Assembly: GCA_035649495.1 (NCBI GenBank)
Contig: DASRJL010000110.1
Location: 37,219-101,218 of the forward strand
Origin: Burkholderiales bacterium
GTDB lineage: Bacteria; Pseudomonadota; Gammaproteobacteria; Burkholderiales; SG8-41
DNA length: 64,000 bases
Direction: 5' to 3'
Shown here in pieces: positions 49,190-58,398 of this stretch. The position numbers were made by a program, and so were the translations under genes. Position 1 is the first letter of the stretch, and each line of letters starts with the position of its first letter. A model generated the notes under the pieces. That model saw only the letters and a program-made list of their open reading frames with translations, was not told the origin of the DNA and ran no database searches.

Positions 49190-50218
49190 TCAAGCCTTGA
49201 GCTCCTTCCTCAGGGCATGGAGAAAGCGCCAGTCTGTGCCCTGGGCGATGATCTTCTGCGGGGTCGACTTGATCATTCCCGCCTCCTGCAGCCGCAAAGC
49301 GTAGAAGCGAATGGTGTCCTCGGGGTCGTACTCGCGCCATTTGCCGTAGGGCAGCTCCCTCATGACCTGGAGCGCGTACTCGTAGCGGCCCGCATAGCCC
49401 TTGTCGACGAGTGCGCGTGCCGCCCCCTGTGGATCGGCCGCGCATGCGTCGGCCGACTTGAGAATCGCGCGCAGCGCGCGCCTGGTCGCTACCGGGTTCC
49501 TGCGCACGAATTCCTTCCGCGCCGTAAGCAGACAGCAGAAATACTGCGACCAGGGACGGTCGGTCGCGCTGTTGACGATCACGTGGCCGACCTTGCGCGC
49601 CCTCAGTTCCTGAGGCTGGGGCGGGAACCCGAGAAACACGTCAGCCTTCCCTTCCAGGAACAGGCGCATCGACCCTTCGTTGGTGTACGGACCCAGATGC
49701 CCTTCCGGCGAGATCCACTTGATGTCCCGGTGCGGGTCGAGTCCGACATTCGCCGCGATGCTCGCCAGGAAGACGTGCTCCGCGCCGTTCAAGGACGCAA
49801 CCGCGGCGACTTTGCCTTTCAGGTCACGGATGCGCTGGATCCGCTCCGTGGCGACCACCTCGAAACAGCCGACGTGGACCCCCGCGAGAAACACCACCGG
49901 GTCGCCCGCCTCGACGCGGATGATGTTGGGGCCGACGAAATTCAGGCTCATGTCCGCGTCCCCCGCTGCCAGGCGCACCGAAACCGCGCCGGTCGGCATG
50001 TCCACGTAGCTCACGTCCGTGAATCCTTCGGCCCGCAGCAGATCCTCCGCGATGTACTGGGGCGCCCAGCAGATGCTGCCTGTCTTCAACAGCCGCAGAC
50101 GCGTCGTCTCCGGCGGCGGCTCGGCGCCGGCGGCTCCGCCTCCCATTCCGAGGAAGGCCGTTCCGGCGAGAGCAGAACTCACGAATTCCCTGCGGCTCCA
50201 TCCCCGTTCTCGCCTCAT
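49190..50218 (-). CDS. Tat-signal NMT1/THI5-like (NitT/TauT-type) periplasmic binding protein, paralog 1
   Basis: Contains SRREFV (twin-Arg), AEPPPETTRLRLL, VHVGCFE, DRPWSQYFCC and a C-terminal DWRF....LRKELKA. Confidence 0.8.
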   Translation of the reverse strand: MRRERGWSRREFVSSALAGTAFLGMGGGAAGAEPPPETTRLRLLKTGSICWAPQYIAEDLLRAEGFTDVSYVDMPTGAVSVRLAAGDADMSLNFVGPNIIRVEAGDPVVFLAGVHVGCFEVVATERIQRIRDLKGKVAAVASLNGAEHVFLASIAANVGLDPHRDIKWISPEGHLGPYTNEGSMRLFLEGKADVFLGFPPQPQELRARKVGHVIVNSATDRPWSQYFCCLLTARKEFVRRNPVATRRALRAILKSADACAADPQGAARALVDKGYAGRYEYALQVMRELPYGKWREYDPEDTIRFYALRLQEAGMIKSTPQKIIAQGTDWRFLHALRKELKA

Positions 50219-50282
50219 ATGCGTCTCCTCCGAAACGACTGCGTAGCAGCTTTCGAACAGCCTGCTTCCCCGGTGGGCGGCA

Positions 50283-51302
50283 TCATGCCTTCATCTCTTT
50301 CTTGAGTTCTCGCCAAAAGCGCCAGTCCGTTCCCCGCGCGATGATCTTTGCCGGGCTCGACTTGATCATGCCAGCCTCGTTGAGGCGCAACGCATAAAAG
50401 CGCACGGTATCCTCGGCGTCGAAGTCCCGCCAGCGGCCGTAGGGCACGCTCTTCATGGCCTGGAGCGCGTAGTCGTAGTTCTTCGTGAATCCGCGCTCGA
50501 CGAGAGTCCGGGCAGCGCGCTCGGGCTGGTCGGCGCAAATCTGGTCCGCCTTGAGGATGGCCCGGATCGCGCGTTTGGTGGCAACGGGGTGCTTCTGGAC
50601 GAACTGCCGGTTCCCGGCCACCAGACAACAGAAGTACTGCGACCAGGGCCGATCCACGGCGCTGTTGACTACCACGTGCCCGATCTTCTTCGCGCGGAGC
50701 TCTTGAGGGTCAGGCGGAAACCCCATATAGCCGTCGATCTTCCCTTCGGCAAGCAGCCGCTTCGCCTCTGCCGGCGGCCGTTCGATGAAGTCGACATCCT
50801 TCCCCGCGCGGAGCCCCACGTATGCCAGCATGGCGGTGAGGAATACGTGGGGACTCGATCCGAACGCCGGTACTGCGACGGTCTTCCCGCGGAGGTCCCG
50901 GATGGCGCGGACGCGATCGGTGCCGAAGAGTTCGAAGCATCCCGCGTGCACTCCGGCGAGGAGCACGAGCGGAGTGCCGAGGTCGATCTGGACCACCGAC
51001 GGGGCGATGAACCCCTGACTGATATCGAGTTCTCCTGAGCCCAGGCGCCCGTACGCGGCGATGCCCTCCTCCGGAAACTCCAGGTACTGGACGTCCGTGA
51101 ATCCTTCGGCACGAAGCAATCCCTCTGCCACGTACTGAGGCGCCAGGCACAGGCTGGGAAACTTGAGGAGCCGCAGCCGGGTCGTCTCCGGCGGCGGTTC
51201 AGCCGCCGCGCTTGCCGGCCGCAACCCCAGGACCGCGCCCGTTCCTGCAAGAGCGGCGGACCCAAGAAACGCCCTGCGGTCCGATCGAATTCCCGTGCTC
51301 AC
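50283..51302 (-). CDS. Tat-signal NMT1/THI5-like periplasmic binding protein, paralog 2
   Basis: Contains DRRAFL, AEPPPETTRLRLL, VHAGCFE, DRPWSQYFCC and DWRFWRELKKEMKA. Confidence 0.8.
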   Translation of the reverse strand: MSTGIRSDRRAFLGSAALAGTGAVLGLRPASAAAEPPPETTRLRLLKFPSLCLAPQYVAEGLLRAEGFTDVQYLEFPEEGIAAYGRLGSGELDISQGFIAPSVVQIDLGTPLVLLAGVHAGCFELFGTDRVRAIRDLRGKTVAVPAFGSSPHVFLTAMLAYVGLRAGKDVDFIERPPAEAKRLLAEGKIDGYMGFPPDPQELRAKKIGHVVVNSAVDRPWSQYFCCLVAGNRQFVQKHPVATKRAIRAILKADQICADQPERAARTLVERGFTKNYDYALQAMKSVPYGRWRDFDAEDTVRFYALRLNEAGMIKSSPAKIIARGTDWRFWRELKKEMKA

Positions 51303-51338
51303 GTATCTCCTTCCCGGCCATTCCGTGCGCCGACGGCG

Positions 51339-52352
51339 TCAAGCCTTCAACTCTTTCCTGAGCTCTTTCCAGAAACGCCAATCCCCCCCCTGCGCGATGA
51401 TCTTTGCCGGGCTCGACTTGATTATCCCGGCGTCGTGCAGGCGCAGCGCGTAGAAGCGCATCGTATCCACGGGGTCGCATTCTCTCCATTTGCCGTAGGG
51501 AATATCCTTGAGCGCTTGCAGGGCGTAGTCGTACCGCGGCGTGAAGCCCTTGTCGACTATCGATCGAGCAGCGACCTCCGGCTGGAGGGCACAGATGTCG
51601 GCAGCCTTGAGGATGGCCCGTAGCGCCCGCTTGGTGGCGACCGGGTGCTTTTGAACGAATCCACGATTCCCGATTGCCATGCAACAGAAGTACTGCGACC
51701 AGGGCCGGTCCACTGCGCTGTTGACGATCACGTGGCCGATCCTTCTTGCTCGCAACTCCTGTGACGCCGGAGGAAGCGCCAGGAGCCCGTCGATCGTGCC
51801 GTCCGCGAGGAGCTGCATCGCGGTCGATGGCGCATGGAAGACCCAGCGCACGTCCCTGGCGGGGTCCACGCCGACGTAGGCGAGCATGCTCGACAGGAAA
51901 ACCTGTTCCGTCGATCCCATCGCCGGTATCGCCACGGTTCTCCCCTTCAGGTCGCGGACCGAGCGAATCCGCTCCGTCGCGAAGACTTCGAGGCACCCGA
52001 TGTGAACACCGGCGAGGACAAAGACAGGATCGCCGGCGTCGACATGGACGACGGTAGGAGCGGCGAAGAACAACGTGATGTCGGCCTGACCCGCGATCAG
52101 CGCCTTCACCTTGGCGGCGGTGGATTCCACTTTGACGTATTGCACGTCGGTGAACCCCTCGGTCTTCAGGAGCTCCCCGGCGACGTATTCGGGCGCCACG
52201 CAGACCGCCGGCAGCCGAATCAGGCGAAGACGCGTTGTCTCCGGCGGTGGCTCGGCGACAGCGAATCCGGGTCGAACTCCCAGCACGGCAGCCGCTCCCG
52301 AGAGCGCGGTGCCCAGAAATTCTCTACGGCTCCAACGGTCCTCGTTATTCAT
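51339..52352 (-). CDS. Tat-signal NMT1/THI5-like periplasmic binding protein, paralog 3
   Basis: Contains SRREFL, AEPPPETTRLRLI, VHIGCLE, DRPWSQYFCC and DWRFWKELRKELKA. Confidence 0.8.
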   Translation of the reverse strand: MNNEDRWSRREFLGTALSGAAAVLGVRPGFAVAEPPPETTRLRLIRLPAVCVAPEYVAGELLKTEGFTDVQYVKVESTAAKVKALIAGQADITLFFAAPTVVHVDAGDPVFVLAGVHIGCLEVFATERIRSVRDLKGRTVAIPAMGSTEQVFLSSMLAYVGVDPARDVRWVFHAPSTAMQLLADGTIDGLLALPPASQELRARRIGHVIVNSAVDRPWSQYFCCMAIGNRGFVQKHPVATKRALRAILKAADICALQPEVAARSIVDKGFTPRYDYALQALKDIPYGKWRECDPVDTMRFYALRLHDAGIIKSSPAKIIAQGGDWRFWKELRKELKA

Positions 52353-52413
52353 CGATACTCATCACAAGCCATCGGCGTTCATGCACGCGGAGTCGCCACG
52401 CGCGCACGGCGCA

Positions 52414-53439
52414 TCAGGCTTTCAACTCTTTCCTGAGCTCTTTCCAGAAACGCCAATCGGCCCCCTGGTTGATGATCTTCGCCGGGCTCGACTTGATCAT
52501 CCCGACTTCGCGCAGCCGCAGGGAATAGAACTGCACGGTGTCCTCTGGATCGAGCTCGCGCCAGCGGCCGTACGGCAGCTCCTTGATGGCCTGCAGGGCA
52601 TAGTCGTAGCTCTTCGCCCGGCCCCACGCGACGGCTGCTCTGGCGGCTCTCTCGGGATCCGCGACGCAGAGATCGGCCGCTTTCAGGATGGCACGCAGCG
52701 CACGCTTCGTGGCCACCGGATTCTTTCGCACGAAGTCCCTGTTGCCGAACAGCATGCAGCAGAAGTACTGGGACCACGGCCGGTCTACGGCGCTGTTGAC
52801 GACGACGCGCCCGATTTTCTTCGCGCGGAATTCCTGCGGGTTCGTCGGGAAGCCGAGGTAGGCGTCTATCCGGCCTTCCGCGAGAAGCTTCATCGATTCA
52901 TCGGCGGAATGGTTGACCCAGTTGATGTCCTTGCGCGGGTCGAGGCCCACGTACGCCGCCATGCTCGCGAGAAACGCGTAGGGGCTGGGATCCAGCTCGG
53001 GAACGGCGACCGTGCGTCCCTTCAAGTCCCGGATCCCGCGGATCTGCTCGCTACCCAGCAGCTCGAAACAGCCGACATGTTCTCCCGCCAGCATGACGAT
53101 CGGATCGCCCGCCTCGATCCGCAGGATCACCGGCGCCGCAAAGTGCCCGCCGATGTCCGCCGCCCCGGAGGCGAGGGCCCGCTCCACTCCCCGCGTTCCG
53201 CCCTCCGTCGGCAGATACTGGACGTGCGTGAAGCCCTCGGCACGAAGCAGCGTATCGGCGACCCATTCCGGACTGCGGCAGGTGCTGGGGGAGATGGGAA
53301 TCCGCAGGCGCGTCGTCTCCGGCGGCGGTTCGGCCGCTGCCGGTGCATATCGAAGTCCCAGCAAGGCCGAAGTACCTGCAAGGCCTACGGCGTTCAGGAA
53401 TTCACGCCGGCGCCACCCTTTGCCTTCCCCGTTGCGCAT
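52414..53439 (-). CDS. Tat-signal NMT1/THI5-like periplasmic binding protein, paralog 4
   Basis: Contains RRREFL, AEPPPETTRLRI, EHVGCFE, DRPWSQYFCC and DWRFWKELRKELKA. Start set at MRNGEGKGW (53439), not the longer track ORF. Confidence 0.8.
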   Translation of the reverse strand: MRNGEGKGWRRREFLNAVGLAGTSALLGLRYAPAAAEPPPETTRLRIPISPSTCRSPEWVADTLLRAEGFTHVQYLPTEGGTRGVERALASGAADIGGHFAAPVILRIEAGDPIVMLAGEHVGCFELLGSEQIRGIRDLKGRTVAVPELDPSPYAFLASMAAYVGLDPRKDINWVNHSADESMKLLAEGRIDAYLGFPTNPQEFRAKKIGRVVVNSAVDRPWSQYFCCMLFGNRDFVRKNPVATKRALRAILKAADLCVADPERAARAAVAWGRAKSYDYALQAIKELPYGRWRELDPEDTVQFYSLRLREVGMIKSSPAKIINQGADWRFWKELRKELKA

Positions 53440-53479
53440 CGATCGCTCCCTGATGCTGTGCCCGGAAAACGCGGCCCGG

Positions 53480-54514
53480 TCAGTGCAGTCTAGCACTGCG
53501 GGGCGTGGCGCCACGACCGATTGCCGCCAACTCCCAGGCCTTTGCCGCTCCCACGAGCGCCTCGAAGGCGCCGCCGCTTTCCAGCAGCGCGCGCTTCGCC
53601 TTCGCATCGAGCGGCTGCTCGATGCCGGCATCGTCGAGCGGCATCTTGTCCTCACGGACCGCTTTCATGAGGCGCTGTATCTCACCTGCGGCGTGCGCCG
53701 GCGTCTGCAACAGCACGAGCCGCTTCATGCCCTCCGGATTGCTGGGCACGTGGCAGCTGTCGCATTGCGCGTCGCGCATCCTGAGCGCCAGCGCCTTGTA
53801 GGCGGTATCGAGCTTCAACAGATACGGATTGTCCATGCGGAACAGCCCGTCAAAGAGCGTTACCTGAGGCTGTACGCGCCCTGCCGCATCGGTCCACATC
53901 CACTTGTCGTCGAACTTTGCCTGTTGCACGGGCCCGGAGCTGACGATGGGCGGTGTCGTCCCGCGATCGGTGAACTGCGCGACTTTTACCTTGATCGTCC
54001 CGGGATCGATCCAGAAGAGGATCGAGTTCGCCTTCTGATACGCGCTCCACTTCGCCTCGTCGTGCCAGAACGGGTACGGAAACTGGCCCGGCGCGAGCCG
54101 GTTGCGAAACGCGGTTTCCATGCGCATCAGGAAGAGATTCTCCCGCGCGTCGTACTCGACGGTGTGCCGGCCGTTGAACATGAACAGCGGCACGTACAGG
54201 CCGGCGAGCACATCGGGGGCGAACTGGGTGAGCGTGGTTTCCTTGAGGACCGTCCCGGGATCCTTGTGCACCCTCCCCCAAAGCACGCGCGGAGCGAGAT
54301 CGCGCCTCAGCACCGAATCCTGAAACAAGCCTTGCCGGCAGCGATCGAACGCCGCCTGGTCGCCGGGTTCCGCTGGCGGACACAGGCGGGAGAGCTCCGC
54401 GGCGAGGTCCGCCGCAAGCCGCTCGAGCTGCGGCAGCAGCCCGAGCGGGTCCCTCTCGGCCCCGTGTGCGGCTCCGCCGATCAATCCGACCAGAATCAGG
54501 ACGATGACGCGCAT
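53480..54514 (-). CDS. Hypothetical secreted protein with C-terminal CxxCH (cytochrome c / PSCyt-like) motif
   Basis: A signal peptide follows MRVIVLILVG. The single heme-binding motif CDSCH is followed by ...LMKAVREDKMP, resembling planctomycete-type cytochrome c domains. The N-terminal ~250 aa are unassigned. Confidence 0.5.
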   Translation of the reverse strand: MRVIVLILVGLIGGAAHGAERDPLGLLPQLERLAADLAAELSRLCPPAEPGDQAAFDRCRQGLFQDSVLRRDLAPRVLWGRVHKDPGTVLKETTLTQFAPDVLAGLYVPLFMFNGRHTVEYDARENLFLMRMETAFRNRLAPGQFPYPFWHDEAKWSAYQKANSILFWIDPGTIKVKVAQFTDRGTTPPIVSSGPVQQAKFDDKWMWTDAAGRVQPQVTLFDGLFRMDNPYLLKLDTAYKALALRMRDAQCDSCHVPSNPEGMKRLVLLQTPAHAAGEIQRLMKAVREDKMPLDDAGIEQPLDAKAKRALLESGGAFEALVGAAKAWELAAIGRGATPRSARLH

Positions 54515-54542
54515 GTGCACGCTCCTCGCTCGCATCGCCGTC

Positions 54543-55784
54543 TCAGCGCGCCGCATCCGCGGTCTGTCGCGTGGGTTTCAGGTAGTTGCGCACCAGGTGA
54601 TCCGCTATCTTCCTGCCCATGGTTTCCCCGACCTCGGTCGAATTGCGAAAATGGATACCGCCCCAGACGCGCACCAGGCGATGTTCCTCGCCCATTTGCG
54701 CCACACTGGAGAACGTCCGCTGCTTCGACGGATCGACGATGTCGGTGACAGTGAAGGTCAACGCTCCGGTGCCGAAGACCGATTCCAGCACTCCCGCCGC
54801 GGCGCCGACGTTGATGCCGGCCTGCGATGGGTACTCCGGATGCATCGGGGTCGCGTTCAGCGGCGTCCATCCGGCGTCGCGCTCCGTAGCGGCATTGTTG
54901 TCCAGGTCGCCGTTGCGGACCGCCGTAACCGGCCGCCAGAAGTTGTAGTGAAACTTCGCGTCCCAGTCGATGATGAAGCAGTTCGCCAGCCCCATCGAAA
55001 GCAGGGCGTAGAGCCGCGCGTTCTCGGCGACACCCAGGCCCTTTGCATCGGAGAGTTGCCGGGCCGCCTGATACCACGCCGGTCCCAGGTTGGTCTGCGT
55101 CCAGAAATTCACGGCAGCGGTCTGTTCGGGCGTCCGCTTCGCGCTCTTCGCGGCGCCGAAGTCCTTGGTCTCGTTATAGTCGCGTGCATAGAGCGCGCTC
55201 GAGAGCGCCGGTGGCGGCACGGGGCGGAACTGGTCCGCACGGTCGAGGCCCCAGGGCTTCGCCTGTGCGTACTGCGGGAAGAGCGGCGGCGCGGTCGGTA
55301 TCCAGACCCCGGGGGTGGTCACCGGACGGTAGGTATCGGGCGCGCTCGTCGCGTCGTTCGAGCGGTCGGCGTACACGGCTTCTGCGATTCTCTCGCCGAG
55401 CGCGATGCCTTCGGACCTGGGCTGTCCCTCGGGAATCCCCTTGAGTGAAGCCGCGTAGGCCTCGTCGATCTTCGCCTTCTGCCCGGGATAGAGTCGCACG
55501 AGCATTTCGCGCGCCGCGGCCGCTGCGGCAGCCTCGGCCGAAGCCCGGGACGCGACTGGTCCCGTAGCCACATAGCGGGTGTAGCGGCCCTGAACGCCGT
55601 TCACCGCATCGGCCATCGCGACATGCATCATCGCCAGACTGCGGGTCCAGGGATTCCCGGCGACATTGGCAGTCTTCATGACTTCAAGCGCCGTGTGGTT
55701 CCAGTCGGTGATGACGTCGGCCTGGGCGGCCGGCGCGCTCGCGAGCAGCGCGAGCCCGATGATTGCCGAGTGAAGAGTTTTCAT
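54543..55784 (-). CDS. PAP2-superfamily, vanadium-dependent haloperoxidase-like secreted protein
   Basis: Signal peptide, VITDWN N-terminal helix bundle, K-x6-RP (KFHYNFWRP), HPEYPSQAG and RVWGGIHFR motifs. Start at MKTLHSAI. Confidence 0.75.
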   Translation of the reverse strand: MKTLHSAIIGLALLASAPAAQADVITDWNHTALEVMKTANVAGNPWTRSLAMMHVAMADAVNGVQGRYTRYVATGPVASRASAEAAAAAAAREMLVRLYPGQKAKIDEAYAASLKGIPEGQPRSEGIALGERIAEAVYADRSNDATSAPDTYRPVTTPGVWIPTAPPLFPQYAQAKPWGLDRADQFRPVPPPALSSALYARDYNETKDFGAAKSAKRTPEQTAAVNFWTQTNLGPAWYQAARQLSDAKGLGVAENARLYALLSMGLANCFIIDWDAKFHYNFWRPVTAVRNGDLDNNAATERDAGWTPLNATPMHPEYPSQAGINVGAAAGVLESVFGTGALTFTVTDIVDPSKQRTFSSVAQMGEEHRLVRVWGGIHFRNSTEVGETMGRKIADHLVRNYLKPTRQTADAAR

Positions 55785-56025
55785 TGACAGGCTCCTTGAC
55801 AGGTTGAATTCCATTACCCGATTGCGACGGGTCCATTGGACTCGCAATCACCGGTATGGATAAATCACCCTGAAGGATGGCTCGCACGCTGCGCGCGTCG
55901 CAGCGCGCGCAGCGCAGCATCTTGAAAGACTTCACTTATCCGGCCGGCAGGACGCCGGCCGGGCACCTACCAAAGGTCCCGGGACTTAAGTATCGGGCGG
56001 GAAGGTGCGGTCAGACTGCAGTGCT

Positions 56026-57273
56026 TCAGATGTTCGCTTCCAGTATGTACAGCCCGCCCGCGAACCGGTCCACCGCGTACACCACCCCGCGCTCGTCCAC
56101 CCAGACGTCGTTGATCTGGATCGCGCCGACGCGCGACATCGGGGGAGCGCCGGGCACGAAGTAGGCGATCTCCTTCGGCTGGTAGGGATTGGACACGTCG
56201 AACGCCCGCACGCCGCCGCCGAAATAGGTGGCGAATATGGTGGTATCCGAGCGGTAGGAGCACGGTCCCGGCTGGTTCTCGTGCATGTTGTGCGAGCCGT
56301 AGCGGCCGCCGCGCTTGCCGAACACGTCCTTATCCGGCAGCGGGAAGGTCGCCACGGGAACGAGGTTGGATTCCGTGCGCGCGTCCACGACCCAGGTCGG
56401 CTTGGGCCAGTCGGCGAGCGCGTCCCTCACGCACTCGTCGCTGATGATCAGGAAGCCGCTGCTGAAGAGCGGCAGCACCGTGTGCGTGAAGCCGTTGTAG
56501 GGCGGCGAGTACTGCAGGTGCCCCACCGGCTTCGGATGCGCCTTGTCGGCGATGTCCAGTATCCACGCGCCGCCGTCGATATACGCCACGTAGGCCCGGT
56601 CCGGCTTTTGCGGGTAGACGGCGCAGTTGTGCGGCCGATAGCCGCCGTCGAACTTCGGGTGGCGCGGCGGCGGCGGCGCCGAATCGCCCTTGCGCGTCCC
56701 CGGGTACCACCAGCGTCCGACTTCCTGCGGCTTCGAAGGCTTACGTATGTCTATGATCTGGTAGAACTGATCGTCGTTCTTGTGCGTGGGCTCGAAATCG
56801 GCGGACCCGGAGGTGAGGTGCACGTACTCGCCGTCCACGAAGAACACGCAGTGCGCCCCGCGCGAGGACGGCCCCGAGGTGTCGTAGTGCGTGATCAGCT
56901 TCGGCTGCTCGGGCTTGCTCACGTCGAAAAGATCGAAGCCCGCGGGCTTCTGTCCCCATTGCCTGGTCTGGTAGGCCACCGCCATGATGTCGCCCACCAC
57001 GTCGAGCGAGTTGGAACGCACGTCCGCGTGCGGCAAGTCGGTCTGAACGATCATCCTGGGATTCTTCAGATCGGTGACGTCCAGCGCCGTGAAGTTCTTG
57101 GGCGCCGACTCGTGGGCAAGCCACATGATCCGCCGGCCGTCCTTCGTCGCCTGGATATTGATCCCCTCCCCGACGCCGCCGAAACCGGCGAGCTCGTGGT
57201 GAGCGATGAGCTTCATGTTGAGCGCCAGTGTCTGGCTCGCCTGCGCACCCGGCCTCATGCCTTCTGCTGCCAT
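56026..57273 (-). CDS. LVIVD-repeat beta-propeller protein
   Basis: Repeated strings of the form ..FD(V/I)S.P..PK.. (ALDVTDLKNP, FDLFDVSKPEQPK, IIDIRKPSKPQ, WILDIADKAHPKP, RAFDVSNPYQPK, GLYILE). There is no signal peptide. The ATG directly follows the upstream stop. Confidence 0.6.
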   Translation of the reverse strand: MAAEGMRPGAQASQTLALNMKLIAHHELAGFGGVGEGINIQATKDGRRIMWLAHESAPKNFTALDVTDLKNPRMIVQTDLPHADVRSNSLDVVGDIMAVAYQTRQWGQKPAGFDLFDVSKPEQPKLITHYDTSGPSSRGAHCVFFVDGEYVHLTSGSADFEPTHKNDDQFYQIIDIRKPSKPQEVGRWWYPGTRKGDSAPPPPRHPKFDGGYRPHNCAVYPQKPDRAYVAYIDGGAWILDIADKAHPKPVGHLQYSPPYNGFTHTVLPLFSSGFLIISDECVRDALADWPKPTWVVDARTESNLVPVATFPLPDKDVFGKRGGRYGSHNMHENQPGPCSYRSDTTIFATYFGGGVRAFDVSNPYQPKEIAYFVPGAPPMSRVGAIQINDVWVDERGVVYAVDRFAGGLYILEANI

Positions 57274-58215
57274 CTAGCTTCCTTTCCCGATAGTGCGCCG
57301 CCGCGGTTTTGCCCCCTTCAAGCCGGCGCGTTGTCTCAAGACCGCGTGTATGGCCGCGGTATCTTCCATGCCCCAGCCCTGCTTGAGGGCGGCCGTATAG
57401 TACGGCAGGCTCGCCTCGAACAGCGGCGTCGGTATGCGCAAGCCCCTGCAGTACGCCCTGATGATATCGATGTCCTTCTGATAGATCTTCGATTTCATGT
57501 GCGCCGGCAGGTAATGCCCCGCCACCATGAGCGGACCGCGCACCTGGAACATGCGCGAAGAGCCGGCGCCATCGCCGATCACGCGGTACAGCAGCCCGAG
57601 GTCGAGCCCGGCCTTCTCGCCCACCACCATCGCCTCGGCAGTGGACAGGTTGTGTATCGTGACGAGCAGGTTGGCGACGAACTTGAGCTTCGATCCCACG
57701 CCGAACTCGCCGCAATAGTAGGTCGATCGCGAGAACCCGTCGAGCACCGCCCTGCACCGGTTGAAAGCCCGGCGGTCGCCGCTCGCGTAGATCGCGATAT
57801 CCCCGGCCGCGGCCTGCGCGCCGGTGCCGCTGATCGGGCAGTCGAGCATGAGAACCTTGCGCCGCGCCAGCCCGCGCCGCAGCTTCTCCTTCAATTCGAG
57901 CGTCATCGTGCTCGCTTCGATCACGATAGCTCCCGGCCGGGCGCCCGCCGCGATGCCCTCCTTGCCGAAGTACGCTTCCTCCATCGCCGCGGGCGAAGGC
58001 AGTGACGTGATAAGAATCGGTGCCCGCGCGGCGACTTCCGCACAGGAACCCGCGGGCTTCCCTCCCGCCTTCGCGAAAGCTCTGACCGCGGCCGGCGCAG
58101 GATCGTATCCAATGACCCGGTAGCCCGCGCGCAGCAGGTGCCGGGCAAAAGCGCCGCCCATGATGCCGAGGCCGATCTGCCCTACCGTTCCCTTGCTTTT
58201 CCGCTTGCGAGCCAC
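57274..58215 (-). CDS. NAD(P)-dependent oxidoreductase, 3-hydroxyisobutyrate / 6-phosphogluconate dehydrogenase-like family
   Basis: Rossmann motif GQIGLGIMG, with the characteristic DCPISG and GSKLKFV.N motifs. GTG start. Confidence 0.85.
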   Translation of the reverse strand: MARKRKSKGTVGQIGLGIMGGAFARHLLRAGYRVIGYDPAPAAVRAFAKAGGKPAGSCAEVAARAPILITSLPSPAAMEEAYFGKEGIAAGARPGAIVIEASTMTLELKEKLRRGLARRKVLMLDCPISGTGAQAAAGDIAIYASGDRRAFNRCRAVLDGFSRSTYYCGEFGVGSKLKFVANLLVTIHNLSTAEAMVVGEKAGLDLGLLYRVIGDGAGSSRMFQVRGPLMVAGHYLPAHMKSKIYQKDIDIIRAYCRGLRIPTPLFEASLPYYTAALKQGWGMEDTAAIHAVLRQRAGLKGAKPRRRTIGKGS

Positions 58216-58240
58216 GGATCACCGGTCACTGGTCACTGCA
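58213..58240. repeat. Tandem heptad repeat (CACGGAT CACCGGT CACTGGT CACTGCA; reverse complement GTGACCA/GTGACCG/GTGATCC)
   Basis: A 7-nt periodicity is visible at the 5' edge of the dehydrogenase gene. Confidence 0.6.
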
Positions 58241-58398
58241 GTTTGGCTCGGATGCTAGCACGCATTTGGAAATAATCTTTTTCCGCCGGTATTCTTGCCC
58301 GCCTTCGGTCAAGCTGATAAATTCCATGCCGCTTCGTCCCTTTTGACTACCGTCGGCCCGGCAGTTCCAGGCAGCGTCCCTACCCTCACGCGAGGAAC

